Shown here: positions 23,128 through 36,480 of the stretch, piece after piece | How positions within the stretch are numbered: the first letter of the stretch is position 1 | Layout of the letters: each line of letters starts with the position of its first letter | Assembly: GCA_977020255.1 (NCBI GenBank) | Contig: CDROCS010001558.1 | Coordinates: forward strand, 372,001-436,000 | Source of the DNA: Obrimoposthia wandeli | Taxonomy: Eukaryota | DNA: 64,000 nt | Direction: 5' to 3' | Program-made: the position numbers and the translations under genes | Notes under the pieces: generated by a model | Database searches by the model: none | What the model was told of the DNA's origin: nothing | The model's input: only the letters and a program-made list of their open reading frames with translations

Positions 23128-24310
23128 ATTTATATTTCAAATAAAAAGTATTTCCAATAACGATAAGTTTCTTTAAAATCAGTTTTTAGGTACTGACATC
23201 AATACTCAAAAAGATAATACCGGTATTGAATTGGCAACAAAACTTGTTATTTTTATGTACATTTTCGAAAATTTGTTACAACTCTTCTTAGTTTGATAAT
23301 TAGCAGTTAAATATTCGACTTATTTGATTAGCTGGATTAATAAATAGTAACTTTAAAAAATCACAAAAATCCATTTTTTGCATTTTACATTTGAAAATTG
23401 CAATAAATGTTCGTTTAATAAATGTTCGTAATTTCATTGATAATATGCAATAAGACGTAAATTCCTGAAGAAATACCTCTAGGTCCGTTTGAATGCATAT
23501 ATTGCTTGCATTGAAGTTCACTTATCTTTTTGTGGTATTTTCTTTAATGATCGATTTATAGACTCTGGTTCCTATATAATATTATAGCTGTACTGCAGTG
23601 CAAAATTTGTGCAACTAAAACTATTAATTGCATCAGCATAAACATTTATTATTGTATTTTTCAATAGTAAAGTGATCTTTGCAAATTATATGTTCGGGGC
23701 ATTATAATATCATCGATTATACTTCACATGATCCGCGCAGATCACCTTTTATTCATCCTAATGCTACATACCAATTAATTTATAAAGATAAAGTAAAACT
23801 GGCAAGCAATCCCAACAGACCATACCGTGAATTTATTGAAACAAGGCGGTTTAACAGTGGCGGACGATCGATCTTAAAACGACAGCATAGAGGTCAGTAC
23901 GGCGGGACATACATATCTTGATCTGAGATCAATTCTGCGTTATTACATCTCTTTACACCAAATGTTTTGTTAGTGTAGGAAAATATTCGAGTTTATTTAA
24001 TTTTGTAATTATCATCTTAAGTTCTGACAGTGTAGATCTACCCAGATTATGTCTACTTATTCTACGTATGTACTGTTCATGAAATAAAGTACCTATAGAA
24101 AAATACTCAGTATTTTCAGTTTGAATTAGAAACCCGGGGCAAATATTTTAACGGGTTTTCTACGTTAACTTCGAAAAAGTCCTAAATAACTAGAATAATT
24201 GAGAAACAGGAAACCTCGAGTACAATTTATAAACCAGTATTTCTATTTGTGAGTACGACACAAATGGCACACGGAGGTGGGAGCAATAGGGGGCAGTTTA
24301 TAAAGAGAGA

Positions 24311-24451
24311 TCAACTACAGTAAGTCATGGTTGAGTGTGTATTGCCGCCGCTATTGTTGGTCCCGGTCTTTGTGCTGCTGTGCACTTGGACGTGATGGTG
24401 CAGAGACGTGCTGTGAACTGCTGGGTGCTGCTGATGGTGCTGCTGATGGTT
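24311..24451 (-). CDS. GTF2E1: TFIIE-alpha exon 7 (H/Q-rich terminal exon, inferred)
   Basis: Acceptor TTACAG, phase 0 with the donor at 27669; 47 codons NHQQHHQQHP...MTYCS*; continues the Q/H-rich tail. No homology support. Confidence 0.55.
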   Translation of the reverse strand, partial: NHQQHHQQHPAVHSTSLHHHVQVHSSTKTGTNNSGGNTHSTMTYCS

Positions 24452-27400
24452 CTGTAAGGTACCAATACCACTTGAAAAATTTCCTCATGAACTATCAGTT
24501 TGAGACCACTTGCAAGGGAACTTCTCAGAATTGAAAATCATAGTTTTTATAACATTTTTAAATTTACCTTTGTAACCTAAAATAATTAGAAAAACTTTCT
24601 TTCCCATATTCATTTTAAAACTGTTTATTTGTTTGTTTAAGCTAAAATTGTAACAAATGTAGACTCATTGATAAATATTTAATTTTTTAATTACTTAACA
24701 TAACATCAAAATGACTTATTTTATTTTCATGTTAAAATTTCAATTTTTTAAAATAATAATAAAGGTAATATTTAAACAATGTAAAAATTTAATAATTCGA
24801 TGTAATTAGTAAACGATAAGAATATTTGTGATTTTTACTTCGATAACTTCCCATGTACGCCCTGTGACGCGTTGAACTTTATCGAACTGTGACAGGACAT
24901 GAGGTCCTTGATTTTAAAGCTGTCAAATAAAATTCAACACCTGCAATTAAATGAGGAATTTAAATTTAAAGTTTTGAAAAAATTGCTAAATACTTTATTT
25001 CTATCAAATCAAATAATAAAATAATTTTTATGCAACTGAAAATATTCATCGATCAAGACGATTTGCAAAAAAACCCAATTGCTTAAAGTAAATTTAGCCA
25101 ATAGAAAATTTGAAAAATTGACCAATAAAGCCTTTGACATATAATTAAAATTTATCTTCTAATACTTTTTTCAGTTAGTTGTGTACTTGAATAACCTTGT
25201 TTTGGAGTATTTGGTCAATTTCCTTTTCAACTAACTCTATACATGATCTTATTATCTGGACTCTATTGAGGGTGTTGCACTGTCTTCAATCCACTTGTCT
25301 CTATCTTTACGGTTGTGGTGACAGAGGGAGAGTGTATGTACCAGTATCATGCAAAGGTCATCCATAAACGACATATCGTACTCAAACCTCTTAGTCTCCA
25401 TTGATATGTACCAAAGGAAGACGTGTTCGATATATCCCTTCTCTCTATTCCCATTGTGGCTTTCGTTTTTATCTGCTCTTTCGATTACAAGGCTAGAATA
25501 GCAAACCCCAGTATTAGCTCAGTCTAAAAATATATATATTATATCCCCACTCTAGTCCAAAACACGTTAAACATCAAGCACTTCCGATATCTCGATTTAC
25601 TACGAAGCAACTTTGTTAACACACCGTCAAGTAATTTCATTCCTCTGAGTTTCCATGATGGTGGAATGTAGACTGATGGTGTTTTCGCTTAAGGTTATAA
25701 TGTTAACTTAAATGTTACAAGAACAAGGAGCATGCTGTCAAACGATTGTCCATCGTCTCGCTACTCAAACACTGAGGCACGAACTGGCTACAATGTTAGC
25801 AAATTCCTAAAGCCACCAATATGTTTTGCACTGTCTTCTTATTCACAGTTAGAGTTATTGCAAGCTCTCTTTGGTAAATTCCTCGTTCATTTTGGATGAT
25901 TTTGACAAGAGATTCCTTCTTGTCTTCACCAATTTCTACTGGTCTGTAAACTCTCTCAGCATCAAAGATACCGGTTCATCCAAAATTAAATTCGTTAGGC
26001 CTCTGTGAGGCCTCAGTTTTATATGCTGATTGCAGTTTATTTATTATTTGCCATTAATTAACCTTTTATCTCATAGATTAATTTTTTTCGGATCTTTATA
26101 ATTAGATAAAAAGATTATTTTGGCGTTGCCAAATGGCAACGCTAGGAGATAATGGGTTAAAACCCTTCAATAACAAAAATCAAATTCACTGTATAGTATC
26201 TGTATAATGTCAACACCCTATAATCTGATTTATTCATTTAGTTAGATTAGCTAAAAATATGAAAAAGTTATTTATGCCCCTTTGACACAGCGTATCAAAT
26301 TATGTATTCGACATTTTATTATTTGGCCAGTTGTGTATTCGGCAGTTGTAAGCCATTAGTCGATTCGAACAATATTCGGACCGGCACCAATATGAAGCGT
26401 ACCTACTACGTAAACCTTACTCGAAATCGTGTAACTGTTACTCAATTTAATTTGTCCGAACATTCAAAAACGAGTAAACCTCACGATTTTGCATTAAACC
26501 CTACATTCTGCACACATGTAATTTGCAGTGTACATGAAATGACCAAAACCATAAATGAGTTAAGCTGAGTGTAAATGAATATATATTCTTTAAAGACTTT
26601 CGGAGTTAATTCCACTTTAGGCTACCTTTATAAACACATTTCTATATTCAAATCTGATTCTTTTTAAATATTGCATTCTTAGAAATATAAGGTTTCGAAT
26701 TGAATTTGAGGCCTTTAATTACGTCATGTAATTAGAATTTCCAGAATAAAATACTACTGTGACTTTCGAGCGCTTGGTTTTGATTATTTTTGATATCAAT
26801 TGTGCAAAACTTTGTTTATTACAATAAATTAAAATAAAAAAAAAGTATTACAATACTTTGCGACAACCAGAGCCTGATGTGGACTACCAAAACAAAACGT
26901 ATCCCAAGTGCTATGTCGTAATGGTGGGTGGTGATAGCCATCCAGAGATGTGCTACACACACAGGACCAGGAGTCAAGTTGGATTGCGACATTCCAGGAT
27001 ATGACCTATAATTGTGTCACGTAATCAAGTGTGTGTTCCCTTTTTATTGCGGTTGGTTCTTCACCTTTTTATTCTCTTTCGGGCCTACGCCCTTTTATCC
27101 ATGTTAAAGCCATCTTTATCCATCAGTCACATCACTCTATGACTGCCACATACAATTCCAGGCGTGATGTGATTGGTGGCGTCTTTATATATAAGAGCTG
27201 GTATAATATAGCAATTGCCAGTCTCTGTCGTAGTTTTATCGTTTGTTTTAACTATTTATAAAGTTTTTTGAATTTATAAGTAAAGATGTTGTTAATTAAT
27301 TTAAACTAAAAAATTAATATCTTACTTCATATTTTAAAATAATTTGAATTAAAAATATATCATTTATATCACTAAGTATTAAACAATGAAAATTTTAAAA

Positions 27401-27669
27401 AGACTTCTCAAAATATTATTGATACAGAGTTTTTAACATATTCATTGTTACACATATTCAAAATGGCTGAATTCTTCCAACAAAAAAGTATTATTTTAAA
27501 AATATAACAGTTTTGTGTAATACCGTGCCACTGTTACACGCACAAGTAAGGTTTACACGAAAAATTGATTGTGTGTGAGGTGTACACGATTTCGAAAAGA
27601 AGGTCATGTAAACATTACAGTCATTCATTTGTTTTTATAGTACCGACACATGTAGACACCTGTAAATAC

Positions 27670-28036
27670 CTGATCGCCGCGATAAATATGTTGCTGTTGT
27701 TGCAGCTGGTGCTGATGTTGTAGGGGTTGTTGCAATGTTTGCTGGGGCTGCGGTGGCGGTGGAGAGTAGTTGACAGTGTCGAAGCTGAAGTCCACAAACA
27801 TCTGACCGAACTGACAGTATCTGACGCGCTCATCGGGCAACATCTGGGCCAGGGTGGCCTCAGAAACGTCGCTGAAAGACACTGGCCTACGTTGACAGGT
27901 GACCCGCGGGTGCCGTATCCATGGTGCTTTAAATCGCAACACGGGGGTTGCGATGCTGGTGGCGAATATATTCTGATGGTGCTGGAGCTCGTTCTCGGGA
28001 TTGTACTCATTGGCCATCAGCAACTCGATCGTGTCT
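27670..28036 (-). CDS. GTF2E1: TFIIE-alpha exon 6 (C-terminal domain)
   Basis: PRVTCQRRPVSFSDVSEATLAQMLPDERVRYCQFGQMFVDF matches the TFIIE-alpha C-terminus (P.V.VAGRPFSYSEVS..LVAQMTPEEKEAYI.MGQ.MF.D). Acceptor CTCTCTCAG is phase 2, matching the exon 5 donor. Confidence 0.85.
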
Positions 28037-30627
28037 CTGAGAGAGGCACCGAGATTTACAAATTTGTAGAATGCTAATTTAAATTCAAAAATTTCAGAGC
28101 AAAGTCTATAAGAATCCAATTTATTTTAAGGGTTTAATGATTTTGAAATAAAATTTTAAAAATTTGACCTTAGAAATGGAAACTGAAAACAACTATGAGT
28201 GAAAGATTCGAAAAAATAACATAATGGAATATTTGAAGTTTAGGGCTACGCAACCTCTCCTTAGTGGAATAATCTTGATACAGCTGACAGGTATTTCTTT
28301 AGTAAAAATAACCACAACTTTTATTCTTGCTTGTTCACGATTCTATCTCGAACTCGTCGGGGTGCCTATGGAAATTAGCAAATTCTGAAGACAGTGTATT
28401 AAGATGAAGGTAGTAAAATGTGGTTAACTACAGTTTACAATTGATCAGGTATAAGAAGAATCTAAATATGGCCCACTACTATCGATCCTTAAACTAGTAC
28501 TGAGCACCGTGTCGAGTTACTCATTTAGAGGGTGGTTGAATTTTAGCTTTTGAAAGTAGATTTTAAAACAGGAATTAAAGATTTTAACTGGATGGGTTTT
28601 ACAAAATATGAAATATTTCTAAAATAACTGAATCAATCTTACTGATCATAACAATTAGTTCTCGTACAAAATAGTCATTTTCGTTTCGATGATTTCAACA
28701 ATTATTTCTCGTCTTCAATATTTGTTCAATATAAAGTAAGCTACAGCTTTTTATATTGGTGGTTGACAAATCAGGATAAGCTGATTCTGATTTGCTGCTC
28801 AGACTGAAATTTATTTTCTTCAGTATGTAGCTATGTTGCCCTGGTGACTTCTGGTGTTTGCTATGTCACTCATCTACGGCAATCAACTCACTTAGCTAGC
28901 CTCACGTTACTTGACTTATACAATCATCAAGGTCACCTGAGGTTAATTAACTCATTTTTTGAATTAATAAACCCCCTAAAAGTCTTTTTTGAGTTTTAAT
29001 TACAATATTTTACTATTTTCATTTGCTCTTAATATGTCCTTCTTGGCTAAGACAATAATTATAGCTAATTTGTATTGAAATTTTGATCTTCATTTGTCCA
29101 TTTCTGAAAATCAAAATTACGAATTTCAAGAATGCAATTAATTTTAGAAGATTGTTGAACACCTTCCTAGAAAGCATTATGAAAAATTCTGGTGACACCT
29201 AGTTGAATTTTCGAAAAAGTACATATCATCAATTTACAGTCTTAGATATCCCGTAAAACAATATTTAGATGCGTCTTTGAATCATGCATGATCACTAGGT
29301 TCCGGTGATATACAAAATAAATGTCATATTATCTTAAAGTTAAATGATTTTAATAAAATGACGTATTCTCATAATTTTTATGAGATGAAAATTTCGGTAT
29401 TGTATGCAGTAACTTATCATTTGATATATTTAAATTCATGGTTAATAATATATTGAAACAGGATATCTTGCGGTTATAATTAGAGATCAGTTTTATTGTA
29501 TACCTTTTAATTTTAAAATTAATAAAGAAGACACAAAAAATATTTGAAACAAATAGTCATAGATAGGTATTATTAGAGAAATCTCATTAGAGATAATAAT
29601 CCTCATAAACAACAACTTCATCGTTCAATTATCCAATAATTCTAGGTTATGCCAGTACATCATGAACAATGTGACCTGATTTAATACAAGTTAATTCCTC
29701 GACAAACAAATCATTTATGGATCATTTATGGAAAAAAACTGAGCAAAATACAGTTATAATAGAAGCGCGGTTACAATTAGAGAACATAGGAAATATGGTA
29801 TATTAAATCTAGGTAAGAATATTTTCTTGATTTTTTTTAATAAAATTAGTATCAGGAAAAGCTTTGTATCAAATATGTATTTTAGCAGTTCAGTATGACT
29901 CATCAAAATTGCACGATTCTACATTGCTTTATTGATATTTATAGAATTTGATATGCGTTTGAACACACAGTGTAGTATATCGGTATTAAGGGGGAAATCA
30001 TTTTATTGTCATTGTGCGTTTTGCATTTTACTATAATTAGAGGTCAGGTGATTAATAGCATTTAAAAATTTCATCCTAGGCAAATATTAGAGGTTAGACG
30101 ATTATTGGACACTGGGCGAATAATAGAAGAAATACGGTATACTAATTTAACTAAACGGATTCAAACAATAATTCTCGTCAATCCACACCAAATAAAACTG
30201 TTAGCAATCACTCTAGAACAGAGGCAGCTGACTTCTTTTGGCAAAGGGCCACACATTTTTTGAATTCTGTGGGTCATTATAAAGCAGCAGATTTTTAATG
30301 ACATTAAAACCATTATTGATTTATTTAATTTTATTCTATTCCAATTTTCCTATTTTACAGTTAAAATACGAATATATTATATCAATTATATTATCAATTA
30401 TTATTATATATTATATCAATTCGTTTTCATATTACTCATTGACCAGAAATACATAAGCTCAGTAAATATAAGGTGTTATTGATTGCACATGAAACACTTG
30501 TGGCCGCACGAAACCCTTCGAAGCCCGCGCGCTGTTTGTTGCCAGATCCTGCTCTAAATATACATACCACAACATACTGCTGTTTGGCTAAGCAGCTATG
30601 CAACTTAAATACACGACACTTTATCAA

Positions 30628-30790
30628 AATATCCCATGTCAACATCACCCTAATATCCCGTGTCAGCGTCCCCATAATATCCCGTGTCAACATCACTCTG
30701 ATATCCCGTGTCAACATCACCCTAATATCCCATGTCAAAGTCACCCTAATATCCCGTATCAACGTCACCCTAATATCCTGTTTCAACATC
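30628..30790. repeat. 24-bp minisatellite, ~7 copies
   Basis: Unit AATATCCC(G/A)TGTCAAC(A/G)TCACCCT, same family as 42616-43800. Confidence 0.92.
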
Positions 30791-30936
30791 AGTAGGTATA
30801 TGTGACTTCTGGCCCAACAAAAAAAAATTTCCCCGATTATTACAATCATTAAATGTCAAGAACATAAGAGTCAATTGTTGTTAAGGCAATGATATTTCTA
30901 ATGTAGAATTCAATTGAAACTTGGAATATATATATA

Positions 30937-31836
30937 CAGGGTGTCCCATTGAATTTGAACTATTTCTTATGTAAATAAAAACACACATACAATTTTTATT
31001 GAATATTGATTTTTATATTTTATAAAGTAAGGGTTTTTATTTTATTATACAGACAATATATATAATAGGTTATTATGGAAAATATCGATCGGGACATCAT
31101 AATTTTATATTATGAAAATAACAGGAGTATAATTTCACCTAATTAGAGCCTACAATAAGAAATATAAATTGAAGCATAAATGATAAAAATAAAGTTCGGA
31201 AAATAATAAAGAAGTTTAAAACTGGAAATTTAAAAATAATTCAAAAAGTTGGAAGTGGTGGGAAAATGATAATTGATGACGATGGTAAAGGATTAGAAGA
31301 CAGGACAGAAAGTTTGAAAGTTTTACTTCTGGGGTTACCTAAAATATAACGAGTATAAAAAATTGATGAAACAAAGTAATAATGGATTAAAAAAAGTTAT
31401 TTTTTAACAAGATGGAGTTCCACGACATATTGCGTCAAATGTCAGAGTTCTTGAAAACAGCTTAATAATCAGTAGGCATTTTGAAATGTCTTGGCCTCCT
31501 AGAAGCCCGGATCTTAATCCAATGTATTTTTACTTCTAGGGTTACCTGAAATATAAAGTGTATGAAAAATCGTTAAACTCATTGGATCAATTAGAAGAAA
31601 GAATTAAATTCTGTATTGAAGAAATGAAACTATTAGATTTCGAAAAAGTTATCAAAAATGTACCGTTAAGACTTCAAGCAATTATTGAACAAAATGGCAA
31701 ACATATTGAACATAATGATAAATTTATATAATTTTTTTTTTGTCTACAATCTATTTATTAGTGTTTTTATAATATATACATTATATTGCTTTGTGATTTT
31801 AATTTATAATAGTTCGTTTTTCTGTGGGACACCCTC
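30937..31836 (+). mobile_element. Deleted Tc1/mariner-superfamily transposon
   Basis: TIRs CAGGGTGTCCCA / TGGGACACCCTC flanked by TA; transposase relic QDGVPRH...WPPRSPDLNPMYFYF*GYLKYKVY. Confidence 0.88.
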
Positions 31837-32203
31837 TATATATATTCAATAAGAATATTAGAAGTAATGTTTGGGAGATAAATTAATAAGATTTAATTTG
31901 ATTTAGAAGATATGCTCTAGAAGAGAAATCAATGTGATGTATAAGAGATTTAGGATTGTGGTGGTGAGATATCATAATACTACTGTTCTAAGGAGAAATT
32001 ATTCATAATATTTTATAAATATTGTAGACATAGCTTGTATTGATATCTTTGCATTCATAGATTTTATCGTGGTTACAGAGTCTTAATTTTCAAAGAGTAT
32101 GTATTTTTATGTATTTTTACTAATGTATGTATTTTACACATATTTCTATCATAAATAAGAAAATTATAGCTAAAGTAGATATTTTACTAAAATTCTTCTA
32201 TAC

Positions 32204-32563
32204 TGTTTGTTTACATTTTGACATTAACTTTAAAAAGTCGAACTCCATCGCATAACTTGAACATTTATTTGCATTCATTAAAATAACACTGATTTCTCGA
32301 CCCCGACTCTGCATTCCGAAATTTTCCAATGAAACCCGATACTCTGAACTGTCTACTCGAAATCGAAAATTGAAACTTGTCTAATTTGAATACAAAATAT
32401 ATTTTTTACTAATGTTTATTTAAATTTCATTATTTATACCATATTGGTATTTATGTTTTCCGAAACTGAAACTGCAAAAGTACGGTAATACATTTAAATA
32501 AATTGCACTTCCGCTGTTTACTTTAATTAATTATCTTTTTGAAATGCAATTTATATTGCAACA
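32204..32563 (-). repeat. 3' LTR of the BEL/Pao element
   Basis: 360-bp direct repeat of 39942-40298. Confidence 0.95.
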
Positions 32564-32619
32564 TACCCCCTCGATTAAATCCTAATCAATAATACAACAA
32601 GGGCATGTCACAAAGAAAA

Positions 32620-35600
32620 TGCTACCTGGACAAAAATCAAAGCGGCAGAAAACAAGAACTCTTTCTCTCGCAATACCCTACACATACATTTCCTACATAC
32701 TTCGTCTTCTCCTTTCCTTCCACCATCCATTTTACTACCCGTACCAATCCATCTTGTCCTTTTATTAATTCTAGTATTCTTGCCAATGGTCATTTTTCTC
32801 GTTCATTTTTTCTCTCCAATATCAGCACGACATCGTCTACTTTTAATGGTTCTTTCGTTTCCCACCACTTCTGTCTAACTACCCACATCGGCACGATCTC
32901 CTTCATCCATCATTTCAATAATTGCTCCACCAGACCTTGTAACAACTTCCACCGATGTTTTACATTATTCGCGGACAGTTCGCAATTTACCGTACCTCTA
33001 GGTATCAAAAACCTATTTGGCGTCAATGAAGTAATTTCCTTATTATCTTGACTCACATAACTCAATGGCCTAGAATTTACAAGACTCTCAACTTCAATTA
33101 ACATCGTATCAAATTCTTCATCCGACAATTCGCACTCTTCATCACTCTTTTCATCGCCCTTTTTACCGATTTTACCATTATCTCAAATACACCACCAAAG
33201 TGAGGACTACCTGGCGGATTGAAAACCCATCTAATATCATTATTTACTAACTCTGCTTTAAGTGCATAAGTATCGAACTTAACTTGTTCTATTAGATTTG
33301 CTGTTCCCACAAAATTCAAACCGTTATCCAACAACATTATTGTTGGCCTTCCTCTTCTTCCATGAACCTTTTAAAAGCTTTGACGAATGCATCAGTGTCC
33401 AAACCATATCCCATCTCCAAATGTACCGCTCGAGTCTGTGGACAAGTAAATAGACAAACATACCTTTTTGCTCTTACCTGTCTCCGACCCTGCTTTGTCA
33501 AAAAAGGTTCTGCAATATCCACACCGACTCTTACAAACGCCCTTAGTGGTTTTTCCAATCTGAACTGAGGTAATGGTGCCAACATATTTTGCATATAGGC
33601 TGCTTTTGCTCTTTTGCAAATCACACATTCCGTTTAAATTTTTCTAATTAATCGTCGAGCCTTTAAAATCCAAAATCTTCTCTGTAGTAGACTTAATATA
33701 TGCTGAATTCCGGCGTAGTGAAAATTCCCATCATGTAAATATTTCACTACTAACCTTGCTAACCATCCTTCACCTGACAATATCACTGAGAACTTACTAT
33801 CATAATTAAAAAAATTCAGCATAATTAATCTGGACTTTGTTCTTATAATCCCTCCTAAACTTTAAGATTTTGCTATTTTTAAGACTTCCCCAGTCTTCAC
33901 TAAACTTTTTATTTATATCTGAAAATATTTCATTTGATCTTCTTTGATCAGCTTACTAATACTGAGTTCCATTTCTTCAACGGGTAATTCTCCTTTTATC
34001 CACACTTCTTTTTTCTTTCTACAATTATCTATAAATCGATCCATCCAAGCTCTTATCCTTTTTATTTTTGTCAATACTTTTCAATTTCTAGTATTTCTTC
34101 ATGTACGGCTTTCACCTCGTATGTCAATAAGGTACATACTTTCTTCTCAGTATCCTCAAATTTCTCAAATTTACTATTTATCGTCCACATTTCTTATGTT
34201 TTCTTTAAATATTCTGGTCCTTCATACCACTTCCTGATAGAGACACATTCATTTACACTTACCCCTCGCGATAAAATATCCGCTGGGTTTTCTTTTGTCG
34301 GTACATGTTTCCATTGATTTATATCTGTTGTTTCTTGGATCTTTCCAATTCTTTTTGCAACAAATGGTTTATAATTTCTCCCTTGTTATTATATCCACCA
34401 CAACACACCTTCACTATATGACCATAATATCACCTTCTTACAATCTTCATTCCACGATCTCGCTATAACTTTTGTTAGTTTAATCCCTTCACATGCGGCC
34501 ATCAATTCCAATCTCGGAAAACTCACTGTTTTCAACGGTGCTACTTTCGATTTCGCTGCTATTAACGCAACTTTTAGTTTCCCTTTATTCCTTGTCCTTA
34601 GATATGCAACGGATCCATAAACTTCTGATGAAGCATCTACGAAGACGTGAATCTATCTCTCTTTATCCAGTTATATTCCGACCCATCTCGGAATTTGAAC
34701 TTGGTATAGTTCTTGCATTGTGAAAGCCACATCATTATATCTTTCTTTAAATCTCCTTCTATCTTTTCATCTCAACCTAATCCATTTAACCATACATTTT
34801 GCATTAATATCTTCGCTTTCACAGTAAACGGACTCACGAACCCTAAATGGTCAGATACTGTTGACAAAATACTTAGGAATTCTCGCTTACTAATATTGAT
34901 ACCGTAATCTACTTTGGTTTTGATCATAAAATAATCTTCTTGAGGATCCCACTGAATTCCTAATGTCTTAACGTTCTTCATCTTTAATACCTTTGCTTGA
35001 TATAATAATGGAATCTGCTTGTTGATTTCTTCAATACTAGTTATCCATTTTTTGGCTTCCATTTTCGCTCCTTTCAATAATTATTTTACTTCAGACATTG
35101 TACTCTTAGCTATATCTTCTGTATCTACAGAGCACAATGTATCATCCATATAGGTATTTTCCAAGATCAATATCGCACTATCTGGAAACTTATCCTTGTA
35201 TCTATCTGCATTTGCCCTCGATACCGTTTGTGCCTAAAATGGCGATACATTTAACCCGAACACTATCCGTTTATATTCATATTCGATACATTTCCTTCTT
35301 TGTCGTTCCCTAAAAAAACGTAACCATTTTCGATCCGAACGATCTACCTTTACTTGTAAATACATTTCCGTGATATCACAAGTCAATGCAATTCTTTTGT
35401 CTCGAAATCTCAGAAGTATTTCCATCAAGTCTCCCTGTAGCTTTGGCCCGCTATCAATGAAATCATTTAAACACTTGCCGCAGTCTTTTGCGGCGGCGTC
35501 GAAAACTATTCTTACTTTAGTAGTATTTCTATCCCGTTTTACCACTGGTAAATGCAGTAAATACAATCGCGTCTCCTTCGTATCTTCTTTCTTAAGTGGT

Positions 35601-36480
35601 CTTATGTACCCTTTTTCTATTTGATCATCAATGATCTTTGAGTAATCTTCTGATAATTCATTATCTTTATTTGACCTTATTTGCAAACTCTCCAATCTTC
35701 TCATTGCCATTTGCTCATTAACTTGAAGTTCCATAATCCCATTTTTCCATGGAATCTTCACTTCATATCTTCATTCTTCCATTGCCATCGCCTTTACGCT
35801 ATTCTCGTAACTCAGTTTATCCGTCTTGTTCATTATTTTTGTATCGTCACAAAGGTTTTCAACTTCCAAAAATCGACGTAGCTGACTGTCTAATTATGTT
35901 CCCCAAATAACTTCTGATGAAGTTTGTTTGGTTTTTGTATGTCCTTCCAAAATTTGCTCGACCTACACATGTCCACTCTAGTGGTGTCCTTCGTGCTATT
36001 GGATCTTTAGATCCTCCCCATCGTTCTTCAATGCTCCTATGCATTTCAATTAAATCTGCTTTTATTAACATTTCGACTTTCTTTCCATTATCACTTACCG
36101 AGAACATGATATTTTGTCGGCGTTTCCAGCTCTTGTTGATGCTGTTCCAATCAACTACTCGTAAGTCACCCGCGACTTCTTTTATCGCTAACGCCTGTAT
36201 TCTCCTTCTAAATGATTTTTCTAAATTTTGAATTAGGAATGACACCCTCTTGCACTCCTAATTCTTAATTTGTCCGCCGATAACTCCTACTGGTGTGCTC
36301 ACTGCTTCGCCTTCTAAACCTAATTAATCAGCAGCTGTCTTGCTAATGCAGCTTACCGTACTCGCATCATCCAATAAGGCGTTCGTCCGTTTCTTATAAT
36401 TACTGGTACCGTTCTTAACATCACAGTTGAATTGTGATCAACGTGGAAATTTGTTTGATCTTGGATGCAATAGCCAATTA
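32620..36480 (-). pseudogene. BEL/Pao pol (protease, RT, RNase H, integrase), many stops and frameshifts
   Basis: NALLDDAST (protease); LHLPVVKRDRNTTKVRIVFDAAAK...GPKLQGDLMEILLRFR; TYMDDTL (RT); CLFTCPQTRAVHLE; DNGLNFVG; FNPPGSPHFGGVFEIMVKSVK; IEVESLVNSRPL; LTPNRFL. Confidence 0.92.

Noticed and set aside
25600-25900. Possible Penelope-like RT relic (NKEHAVK/TIVHRLA)
   Set aside because: Only one weak frameshifted motif; no RT core or GIY-YIG motif recognised.
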